From Eledone cirrhosa (taxonomy: Eukaryota): a stretch of DNA of 64,000 nucleotides. The stretch is taken from NCBI GenBank assembly GCA_964016885.1, contig OZ024740.1:134540001-134604000 (forward strand), given 5' to 3'. This document shows, piece by piece, positions 53,787-64,000 of the stretch. The position numbers were made by a program, and so were the translations under genes. The notes under the pieces were generated by a model. That model had not been told where the DNA came from. It worked only from the letters and a program-made list of their open reading frames with translations, and did not search any database. Numbering within the stretch: the first letter of the stretch is position 1; each line of letters begins with the position of its first letter.

Positions 53787-53835
53787 ATTGAAATTTTCAC
53801 CATATAAAGTATTTTTTTTATTAATTGTTTTGAAA
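53787..53835 (-). CDS. LBP/BPI-family exon (49 nt)
   Basis: FKTINKKNTLYGENFN; TTCCAG / GTGAGT; phase 2 to 0 fits neighbours. Confidence 0.78.
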
Positions 53836-54198
53836 CTGGAATGAGAAAAGAGATTTACAAATAATTGTTTCTACTTTTGGCACAAGGCCAGCAATTATCC
53901 CAGTGTATTTCTGGTACTTTATTTTATCGACCCCGTAAGGATGAAACGCAAAGTTAACCTCGGCAGGATTACAAATAATAACAGATAAAGGAGTCATCAG
54001 GTACATTTGTGTTTAATTAGATTTATAAATATCCTGTTTTCTTGTCACAAACTAATTCATCAGTCTATGTCAGGATAAACTGGAGTTTATGTACATTAAT
54101 AGACTATATTTTTTTGTTTACTGTTTTATCAGGATGGGAAAGGTAGTTCCCATGTCCCATTTCAATAGCCCACTTGTTAGCTAATTTGTAGCTTTGAG

Positions 54199-54364
54199 CA
54201 GGGTTTCCCAAACTTTTTCAAATGCAGAACTCTTTTTGGTTCAGAAACGTTTGGGGGAACCCCTAAGTCTAATACTATTATATGGTCATAATATAAATAT
54301 ACTCCTCTACTTTTTTCATGTGACCCCAAACATTCCTTTGTGAAACCCACTTTGGGAATCACTG
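54199..54364. mobile_element. hAT/Charlie-like MITE
   Basis: CAGGGTTTCCCAAA / TTTGGGAATCACTG TIRs; degenerate 8-bp TSD GCTTTGAG / GTTTAGAG. Confidence 0.7.
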
Positions 54365-54631
54365 GTTTAGAGGAATGTTAAATAAGTACTCTATTTAGAC
54401 TGACATGCATTCTATGCTATTTCTGTCACCAAACCAATATTCTCTTTATATAAAATATTGAACTGATGTTGTTTAGTTTCAGGTCAGCTATGATCAAGCA
54501 GATCTATGATGAAAGTGTTCCACCATGTCCATGCCTGCATATTTTCAGACAATGTACCAATGACTATGGTATCAAACATGTCCTTCCATTTTTAAGATGA
54601 GAGGAAGTAATTCAGCTCTGTTCACATAAAA

Positions 54632-54817
54632 GTAGTAGGACATGTGAAACTGTGTAGTAAGACATATGTGAGACAGTGTAGTAGGACATGTGAAACTGTG
54701 TATTAGGACAATTCAAACTGTGTAGTAAGACATGTGAAACTGTGTAGTAGGACAACTCAAAATGTGTAGTAAGACAAGTGAAACTGTGTAGTAGGACATG
54801 TGAAATTATGTAGTAGT
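54632..54817. repeat. 22-bp minisatellite, about 8 copies
   Basis: Unit AAACTGTGTAGTAGGACATGTG. Confidence 0.9.
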
Positions 54818-55635
54818 ATAAATCAAACAGAATGAATTAATTAGAGATGTCATCTGCATGAAGACTTTTCAAACTGAGTGTCACAACACATTAGTTTGTT
54901 ACTGTTAAGCTGTATGTATTGGAAAATTCTGTCAAATTAGATAAATTTTAATGAATAAAGTATATTTTAGATTTGACAACTCTATATACAATTAGACAAC
55001 TGGTTGGTGACACAGGATATATATAGTTGTATATTTATAAATTTCATTCATTTCATGTCTCTAACAAAGCTTTGTTAATGTGCTATGAAAAATTTTATTT
55101 TTAAAAAGCGTTTCACTATTGTAAAACGTAAGGAAGAAAAGAAAAAAACATATTTATTCATATATGTAAATATGTTTTATTTTATGCTTTAACAGTAATG
55201 CAAAAACGTAAAATAATAAATATATTACTTTTACATTATCATGAAACCAAAGATGGTTTGCACGATATAGTTCAACCATATCATTTTAAAATCATTAAAC
55301 CCTTTTGTGACCATATTTATAATGAAATACATTCTCAACATATTTTAAATAATTTTTTTTTAATAATTAAGCATTTAAAGGGATTTAGTAAAATAACTAA
55401 TTTCTCTTATGCTGTTTGTAACATAATATAAGAGAACAGAAGCTCCTTATGTAAAAGAGCATGTTTAAATTTGAATAAAATACTTTAAAATAGACACTTT
55501 TGTATCATAGAATCAGTGACAGTATCAAAGGAGGTTAAACCAGTATTTTATCATTCATCCAGACTTTTCAGGAAATAAATAAAATTCAAATATATTAAAC
55601 CCTTTTTTTTTTTGTATTTTTTATGTTAAACTTAC

Positions 55636-55703
55636 GTAAATTTGACAATTTGTGAATAAAGCCTACTGTCCCTAATGACTGCATTCATGTGTGCCTTTAA
55701 ATC
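55636..55703 (-). CDS. LBP/BPI-family exon (68 nt)
   Basis: DLKAHMNAVIRDSRLYSQIVKF versus BPI SNRLVGEL; TTACAG / GTAAGT; phase 0 to 2. Confidence 0.85.
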
Positions 55704-57334
55704 CTGTAACAAAGAATGAAATAATTGTAAGAAGTTGGAGAAGACTTTGGTTTAGACAAAAATGCTTTATAAAAACAGGTTTAACACTGATTTTTCTGGC
55801 AACTTGGCCTGGCACCTATTTTAATCTGATCATGATTATGAATGGACACTTAAATGTTTTTTGTGATTTATAAGACTGCTTAATTCATGTTAGGAGGTTA
55901 GCATGTGGTGTTAGATTTAGTTTTAAATATTTACACCTCCATATTACCATAGCTGAGAGGGAGAGTGTTTTTGACTTTATAATATGCTTCTTTTTAAAGT
56001 GTCGAATGACAAAATTCCAGACCTCACTCGCTTACCAAGTGAGGTGGAGCTTGTTAAATCAGATCAAGGAAACAATGTTTCCATTGGTCTTTCCATTGCT
56101 GATACTATCTACCAGTCACAACTCCAGGCCAAAAAAACAAAGTGAAATAAAGTGTGGTGCTCAATAACATAGTGCATTGTCTGGTCTGCAAATTGAACTT
56201 GCAACCTCATGATTGCAAATCCAATTCTCTAACCACTAAGCTATGTGCTCTTACAGTAAATTATTATTTAGTCTGGCAAACCAATCAATCTGGCACAGGT
56301 CTGGAAATAATAGTGCCAGAAAGTCAGTGGTGTACCTACAATATACAAAAGTCTAAAGTCTGTCTCCAGCGCAGAGACTCATCAGACCAGTATTTATCCC
56401 AGTTTCCATGGTATAAAGCAACTGAGAGTACAAGACTTTCCCGCTGGACAGAGTTAAGCCCCCAGCTATTGCTGGTACTCATTTTCAGTTGAGTATACTG
56501 GAGTAACATGTAATGAAGTGTTTTTCTCAAGAGCACAACACACAACCCAGTCCAGGAATCGAACCCATGACATTATGATCATAAGTCCAACTCTCTTACC
56601 ACTACAAACAACAATAAATATATAGTTAAGTCTTTCCTAAAGATAAATTATCTGATCATTAATTTACCTTAAACAAACTGGTACGAAAAACATAAGTAAA
56701 ATATGTATCATTTGTATTGTAAAGATCTAAAATAAATTTGAAAATTATATTAATTTCTCTCATTAAACATTTATGCTAATTTAAATATGCTAATTTAAGT
56801 GCTTACATATGTTTAACGGTGTACATTTTCTTTATGAGTCTCTGATTACTACTTTGACAAGTAGAATGAGAGGCAAGAATAGAGGCTTATATCCAAAAAA
56901 GGAGAACAGGATGAGCTATGTTACTACTCAAACTTGTAATTGCTAAAATATAAAATGTTGAAAATTCCTTTGAACTAAATAATATAGCAAGGAAACAGCA
57001 ATATTGGGATAGGCTTGGTTTCAATCAACTTTGAAATCAAACATATCATTATTGTAATTTCAGCATTCTTCATTCTGCTAAAAAAATAATAGATGCATTG
57101 AAAAAGTATGAAAATGTTTATTATTATCAATAGTGTATAGTAACCTCATTAAAATAAATATTAAATATTTTAATGATCAGGGTCCAATCCCTGAAGAGCC
57201 AAAAAGCAGCCTGTGAATATCTGACGCCCAACCCCACTCTAAAAAAAAAACTCTCAGCTCATTTGAATATTGGAAGAGGCTCCCCACCCCCAGGCCCACA
57301 AACAGTCTTGTTCTGCCTTGCAATATTTCTCTTT

Positions 57335-58160
57335 TAATGATAATAATAATAATGAAATTATTGTGTAAAGTGCTCAGGTGCACTACAACTCGTCAAAGGT
57401 GTATGTATAGTACATAGAATAATACACAAATGTCAGGGAAGTGAATAGTGTATGAGTCATGGTATACATGTGTGTATGTGTATGGAAGGGGAAGATTAGG
57501 TGTAGTGTTGGCGGATCTCGGGAAGCATGGAGGCCTTAAAGGATGCAGTGTCTCGACAGCTAACAACTGATGCAGGTAGTTTGTTCCATGCTTCAGCAAC
57601 TCTGAACATGAAAAAATGTTTCCGAAAGTCATGGGAGCTGTGCTGTTTTCTGACTTTGTGGGCATGCCCACGTGTTTTAGACACATGGAAACAAAAAGGT
57701 ACTCAGGGTTGTTGTTGGCAAGATGGTTAACAATTTTGTGGGTGTTTACCAAGTCCGTTGCCAGGCGTCGGAGCTTCAATGTATCCATGCCCAGGGAAGC
57801 AAGGCGCTCAGAGTATGGTAGATGCCTGATGGAGGGTATTCGCTTGGTTGCATGTCTCTGAACAGTTTCCAGGCGGTCAATGTTCTGAGCAAGATAGGGG
57901 TTCCAGACTGGTGATGCAAATTCTAAGTGTGGCCGCACCATAGCCATGTACAGCCTTAAATAGATAGTTGGAGAGCGGCTGACAAAGGTCTTGCTGAGTG
58001 ATGCTAAGACACCCTCGGCCCTCTTGACAATTTTAGAGACGTGCTTCGTCCAACGCAAATCGCTGCTGACCGTAATGCCCAGGTCACGTTCACAAGAAGA
58101 CTTCTTGATATTAGTGCTGTGGAGGGAGTATGTGGATGCTGGGTTTTTACTCCCATACTA
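57335..58160 (-). mobile_element. CR1/L2-like LINE 3' fragment
   Basis: VRPHLEFASPVWNPY..LETVQRHATKRI..YSERL..LGM; TRGH; WNKLP. Confidence 0.92.
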
Positions 58161-58726
58161 TGATTACAAATAAGACAGAAATGAGAAATTAATAGAAACA
58201 GTGTAATGGTATATTACATATGGACAAGTGGAGGCATGTAGCTTAGTGGTAAAGGAGGTGGACTTACAATCATAATGTTATGGGTTCAATTCCTTGACTG
58301 AGTTGTGTGTTGTGTTCTTGAGCAAAACACTTCATTTCACATTGCTCCAATATACTTAGCTGAAAATGAGTACCAAAAGTAGATGGGGGTTTAACCCTGT
58401 AATGAACTGACATTGTGTCCAAGGGGAAGTTTTGTACTCTCAGTCGTTTAATGCCACAGAAACTGGGATAAGCACTGCCATCCTAACTAGGGGGAAATCA
58501 TGTACTTTCAATTATTTTATGTTAAGGGAACCAGGATAAGTACCAGCCTAATGAACCTCCAGGCTTGGAACAGACTTTAAACATTTTCATATCTGTAACC
58601 CATACATAAATTATATATATTTAGCACTGGTAATGAGCAATTTCAAATGATATCTACATTTCACATCTGGCATGGAAAATTAGTTATTAAAAATGAAAAA
58701 AAGTTACTAAAGTAAAAGCAACTTAC

Positions 58727-58891
58727 CAAATCAACCATGAATATTGACACATTATTGCTATTATTTAAGGGAATATGGAAATTTAATATTCCTTTAAAAT
58801 TAAGCTGTATGGTGTCATCAAATGTCCACTGAGGACTTAGATTATTGAATACTGAAAGAGATACAGATTCATTTGGGTATTTTTCAGCAAT
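58727..58891 (-). CDS. LBP/BPI-family exon (165 nt); upstream exons not confidently located
   Basis: IAEKYPNESVSLSVFNNLSPQWTF..LNNSNNVSIFMVDL versus BPI VAKKFPNM..LPNSSLASLF; TATAG / GTAAGT; phase 0 to 0. Confidence 0.88.
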
Positions 58892-59339
58892 CTATAAAAG
58901 AAGATATAAATAATATTCATAGAATTTTTGTCTTTCTAATAGTATGTGAGTGTGTCTGTAAGTGGGTGATTGTACATCAAACTTTTATAGTTCTGTGAGA
59001 ATCATATTAATCCTATTGATGCTAAACTACCTGGAACTGTTTCTACAAAGTTGTTTATTTTAAAGTGTTTATATCTATCTAAAAACCTTCCATCATAATT
59101 TTATGTCAGAACCTTGCTTATGTTATGCTCTTAACACCAGTTTAGTAATTAGAAAGTTAGTTATTGTATGAAAATATTAGAATTGTATTTTTGGTGATAC
59201 GTGGTTTTAGCAGAGTCCAATCTGTTGCAAGCATTTAGGCCAGGTCTCTCATTTAAAGATACCTTGCTCTATCCTTCCCACCAGTTTCAGAAGTCCTGAA
59301 AAGTGTCATGGATACTGTCCTTCCCTTCCTTTCTTGATT

Positions 59340-60480
59340 ATCTATCTAGGGCGGGTAAAATTCCCGAGATCCATGGAAGAGTTCTCTCCAGCAGTCTCTG
59401 TCCCTCATTATCGCTGCCATGTCCTGCGTCTCCAACAGACCAGTGTCTGTCCTTAGGGCATCAACATACGTTAACCTTGGTCTTCCTCTTCCAGTGTGTC
59501 CATGTAGGGGCTCCCACAGGAGCACTGAGTGCAATGTCTACTCTGGATGTCAGTAAGCATGTCCAGCTAACCTCAGTCTCCTCTGTGTCACTTTTGAGCT
59601 GACTTTTGGGAGGCTCCCATACAGCTCTGAGTTTTTCATCCTCAGTGTATACTGATTAATGTTCAGAGCCATCCTCAACATTCTCGTGTAGCACCCATTC
59701 AGCATCTGATACCTTTTTCGCCTTAACTCTCCTGCTCTGAGCCGGTGCTACAGTAAAACCAGAGTCCTGGTGTTTCTCCAGTGCAAGGCACATACAATAG
59801 TCCACTACGATGATAAAAAGGTAGGGAGCCAATGTATCTCCCTGGAGCACTCCAGCCAGTATCTCAAAGAACTCCGTCATCCCATCATCCCATCAGGTGT
59901 AATGACTTGGGCTTTGGTGTTGGTGTAGAGCAGTGATATCAGGTCCACTATCCTCTTGGGGATTCCATAAGCCTGTAAGATCTTCATCAGGCAGTGACGG
60001 TCCACAGAATCAAAGGCCTTCCTAAAGTCAATGAAAACCATGACCGCAGGAAGGCACTTTGCTCTAGCTCCCTCTAATATCCTCCTCAGCATCAGGATGT
60101 GACTGGTGTGACTGGTGGTTAATCTTCCCACTCTGAAGCCGTTCTGGTTGTCCCTGAGCTTCTTCTCCATCTCAGGCTGGATCCTGTTAAGAATCATCCT
60201 GTTGAGGGTCTTTGCCACAAGTGACGTCAGTGAGATCCCCTGTAGTTGTTGGTGTTAGAGAGATCTCCCTTCTTTGGCACTGGGACGATGTTACTGATCC
60301 TCCACTGATTTGGGGCAACTCCTTTCTCCAGTGCCCGGTTACAGAACCCCAGGATGATATCATCAAAATCACACCTCTTCATCACCTCTGATGCCACTCC
60401 ATCTTCTCCGTGAGCCTTGCCCTCCTTGATCCTCTTCTTGGCTCTCTGAAGCTCCTCTCTGGTGAAGGACTCTGTGTCTT
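59340..60480 (-). mobile_element. RTE-clade LINE RT fragment
   Basis: QNGFR, FIDFRKAFDSV, GVLQGDTLAPYLF, RGRPRLTYVD..RDCWR. Confidence 0.92.
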
Positions 60481-63400
60481 AAACAGTAAATAAAAAGAAA
60501 GGAATAGCTTCAGATTATACTTTTATCTATGGACCCCATACTGTTGTTATACTTCCCCTTTAGACTTTAAGCAACTGTAGCTCATAAGAAATATTTTTAT
60601 TCCTTCTATAGTTAAAACTGTACAGAATCAATTTTGTTAGTAAACATTCTTTTCTCTTTCTTCTTTAAAAAGTACATACATCTGGTAGAGGTATTAGAAC
60701 AGATGATAAAATGCTTTGTGATATTTGTATTGACTCTCTTAGTCCAAATCTTGACACAGTCAATTTTACTTTTCATCTTTTTGGTGTCCACAAGACAAAG
60801 TACCAATTTAGGGCAGTGGATTAGAAGATTTGTTTGAATATTGGATGAGTTGCCTTTCAGTAGTTGTTCCAGTCCTTTGTTCTGAGTTCAAATCCTGTGG
60901 TAGCCTACTTCAGATGATAGATTTAATTCATCACCCAGTTTAACACCACTATCACCACTTTGATCTTGAGTGCTTTTAGCAGAAGCCACTCTGTTGTAAC
61001 CATTTGGTGTTAAGTTTGAGGATACTTTCCTCCCTATGCCCCACCCCATTCACCAGTCTTGGAGGCCCTTCTCTCCTTGACTAAATAGTAATAAAAAAAA
61101 TACATTATGAGAATGTCATAGTTTCACAGGAAGAATACATTGAAGTAGGTTTGCATTGCCTGTCTCTATAAACTGAGATTAAAGAAACAGCAGGCTGATA
61201 TGAAATTACATTATGCATTAAAGTTTATATATTGCAGCCACCATCTTGAATATGTATGAAGAGTGGCTTGAAAATATTTTTAAAAGATACAACCGCTTTC
61301 AATCAATAAAAAAAAATTAGTAAAATATATTCTCTATTTTGAATTATTAGCATTGCAAACGAGCTTTAATGAAATGCTAGATTATTTAAAATGTCCAATA
61401 AATCACTTTCAATATAGATGACTGTTTCTACAAATATCTAAAACTGACCAGAAATATCTAAGAAGAGTGTTTCAAGTGTTTCACCGATAATTTCTATTTT
61501 CAACTCATGAGAAATAATCGCATTGTCTGTTGAGTGGTTATTAAAGTACTAGATGTGTAACCAACTGAATATCATTTGGTCGGACGCCATGCTTTGACGC
61601 ATAGAGTTGCGTCCCTTGCCATTCTGAGTTCAATCCCACCGAGGTTAACTTTGCCTTTCATCCTTTCGGGGTCGATAAAATAAAGTACCAGTAATGCACT
61701 GGGTAATTGCTGGCTTTGTGCCAAAAGTAGAAACAATTATTCTATATGAGAATATATATTCAGGTTTGCTATATGATAATTTGTGGAGGTGTGTGGCCTA
61801 GTAGTAAGGGTGATGAACTTACAATCATAATGCTGTGGGTTCAATTCCTGGACTGGGTTGTGTGTTACATGTTTCTCCAGTATACTCAGCTGAAAATGAG
61901 TACCAACAATAGCTGGGTTGTTTAACCCTGTGATTGACTGGCATCCTATCCAGTGGGGAGTCTTGTACTCTCAGTAATTTCATGCCACAGAAACCGGGAT
62001 AAACACTGCCAGCCTGATGAGCCTCTGGGCTTGAGATAGACATTATACTTTTATTTAAATATAACAATTTAGATGTTGAAGTAATGAGGAGTCATTAAGG
62101 GATCACTTGACCTGCTAGAGATATATAGAGTTTCAAATCTCACACTTCCAGGTTTTATTTAAAGGAAAAAGGACATACTGGATAATGTACACCTATGTGC
62201 TATGTCTGAAGAAAAGAGAATGGTCACAGCTGGAAATTAACCACAGTACATTACTGGAGGTGATTTTCAATCAAATATTCCTTCTTTCCTAAAAATAATT
62301 TATCCAAGGCCTAATCAAGAAAAAATTCAAAACAGAACAGAAAAGTGCTTACCCTTCTTCACAAGTCAATTTTATTTCTTCTCTTTTCACTGTTTTTTTT
62401 TCGTGGGGTTTATCATGGTAGGAAGAACCTCAAAGACTAGTGGGAGGGAAGAAGATATCCTCAAACTTGAGACCCAGTGCAAATGTGTGCAACAAAGTGG
62501 ACTATACTAAAGACACCCAAGGGCCAGACAGTGGTATGAAACTGGGCAACTGATTAAGTCTACAACCCAAGTAGGCCATATTAGGATTTGACTTCAGAAT
62601 GTAAAAAACCAGAACAAATATGAGTACATAGACATTACGAAAAGATTTAACAACAGAACCTTCTAGCTGCTTTACAGCTTCCTTTGCTTCCCATTTTTTC
62701 TTTATCTTTTGTATGCTTATTTTGCCTCCTGGTGCCCTTCCCTATTTAATTCTTATTTATTTATTTTAAATTCAAATTTAAATTTTGTTTATATTCATTT
62801 ATCTCTGTATATCTTGTTTCTCAACTGTGTGAAGTGCTAGATACTTCACCTGGTCTGTTATGGCTTACTAATTCTATTCAGATGTATAAATTGATTAAAT
62901 AAATAAATAAATACAGCAAGACATTTTGTCCAATACTCTAACAATTCCACCAATACCACATTAGACTAGTACTTTATTTTATCAACATTAAAAGGATGAA
63001 AGGCAATGCTGACCTTAGTGAAATTTGATCATCTATGATATCATCATAAAAAACAGATTATATGAGCAAGATATGATCACCTGACCAGGCTTGTCACATA
63101 AACTGACAACCTGCCTAAGCCATTAAGCATGGAAAATAGACATTAAATGGCAATGACTATATATATATGTAGTGAGAGAAATGTTTCCCCATGGCCACCA
63201 AATGAGTGACCTGCGACCTTGCAGAGAAGACAATAGATAAATTTCCCCTAATGGTAGGATTTATGGCACCAGTTGTAGGAAAGAGAACATATCCTGGGGC
63301 CATCTGTTATATATCAATAAAATAACAGTCATAAATAGGCTGTTGTGTGGTCCTAACCCACTCAGTCCTCTGCTTCTTCCCCCACACAACACAGCCTTGA

Positions 63401-63614
63401 TATATAATGGTTTACTACATTTCTTTTATGGGAACATTCCATGGCAAATAAAAGATTTGTGCACCACACTGGGGCTTTACTGGACAATATATTCATTTAT
63501 GAACATTATAATCAAACATTATATTTACGATTCAAAGTAATCATATTTTTTCCTTTTTGCTGAATTGAAGTAAAGATATATATTCAACCAGGAAAAAATA
63601 AAAAACTAAAACTT

Positions 63615-63647
<33 letters not shown>

Positions 63648-63751
63648 AGTAAGATGTATGGTAGGTCGTATGTGAATCGCGATGATCACGTCTGACTTAC
63701 CAAGTATGTGACGGTAGCTAGTTAAGCTCTATGCGTATACGCAGAGCAGAA

Positions 63752-63873
63752 ATATTAGTGAAAAAGAACAAAGGAACTATTATGACATTATACCATGGGG
63801 TTGGACGAAACGGCTGTCGGCAATAAACTTGTTATAATGTCATAATAGTTCCTTTGTTCTTTTTCACTAATAT
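63752..63873. repeat. 41-bp perfect inverted repeat with a hammerhead 3'-half in the 40-nt loop
   Basis: 63752-63792 / 63833-63873; loop contains GACGAAACGGCTGTC; runs into (TA)n. Confidence 0.88.
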
Positions 63874-64000
63874 ATATATATATATAAATAGGCTTCTTTA
63901 TAGTTTCCATCTACCAAATTCCCTCACAAGATATTGATTGGCCCAAGGCTATAGTAGAAGACACTTGCTGAAGGTATCTCACAGTGAGACTGAGCCCTAA

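Noticed and set aside
54632-54817. CRISPR-like periodic repeat
   Set aside because: Contiguous 22-bp units with no unique spacers; eukaryotic minisatellite
62353-62430. Minus-strand exon candidate KPHEKKTVKREEIKLTCEE with GTAAGC donor
   Set aside because: No clear acceptor, upstream sequence is a dispersed repeat, no BPI similarity, phase does not fit

Overview
AT-rich, microsatellite- and transposon-dense animal genomic DNA. The SINE repertoire and (TA)n/(CA)n load suggest a cephalopod, probably an octopus (inference). Two spliced host genes can be assembled by hand from GT-AG sites; the ORF track largely misses them. (1) A NIFK/Nop15-type RRM nucleolar protein gene on + (34108 onward) with TWO paralogous, in-frame alternative last exons (39208-39648 and 45464-45973). 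(2) The 3' six coding exons of an LBP/BPI-family lipid-binding gene on - (58891 down to 50724), convergent with NIFK. A possible divergent spliced transcript starts head-to-head with NIFK. The rest is mobile DNA: a decayed Penelope-like element, a near full-length decayed Tx1-like LINE plus a truncated copy sitting in SINE (TTA)n tails, RLE-type (CRE-like), CR1/L2 and RTE fragments, an internally deleted mariner, several MITEs and many tRNA-SINEs. The most notable signals are the duplicated NIFK C-terminal exon with independently evolved repeats, a recurring set of (TA)n-anchored fold-backs carrying hammerhead ribozyme motifs (one complete core at 48926-48990), and perfect 1-nt-centred palindromes at element junctions. 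All family assignments are from motif recognition, not database searches.
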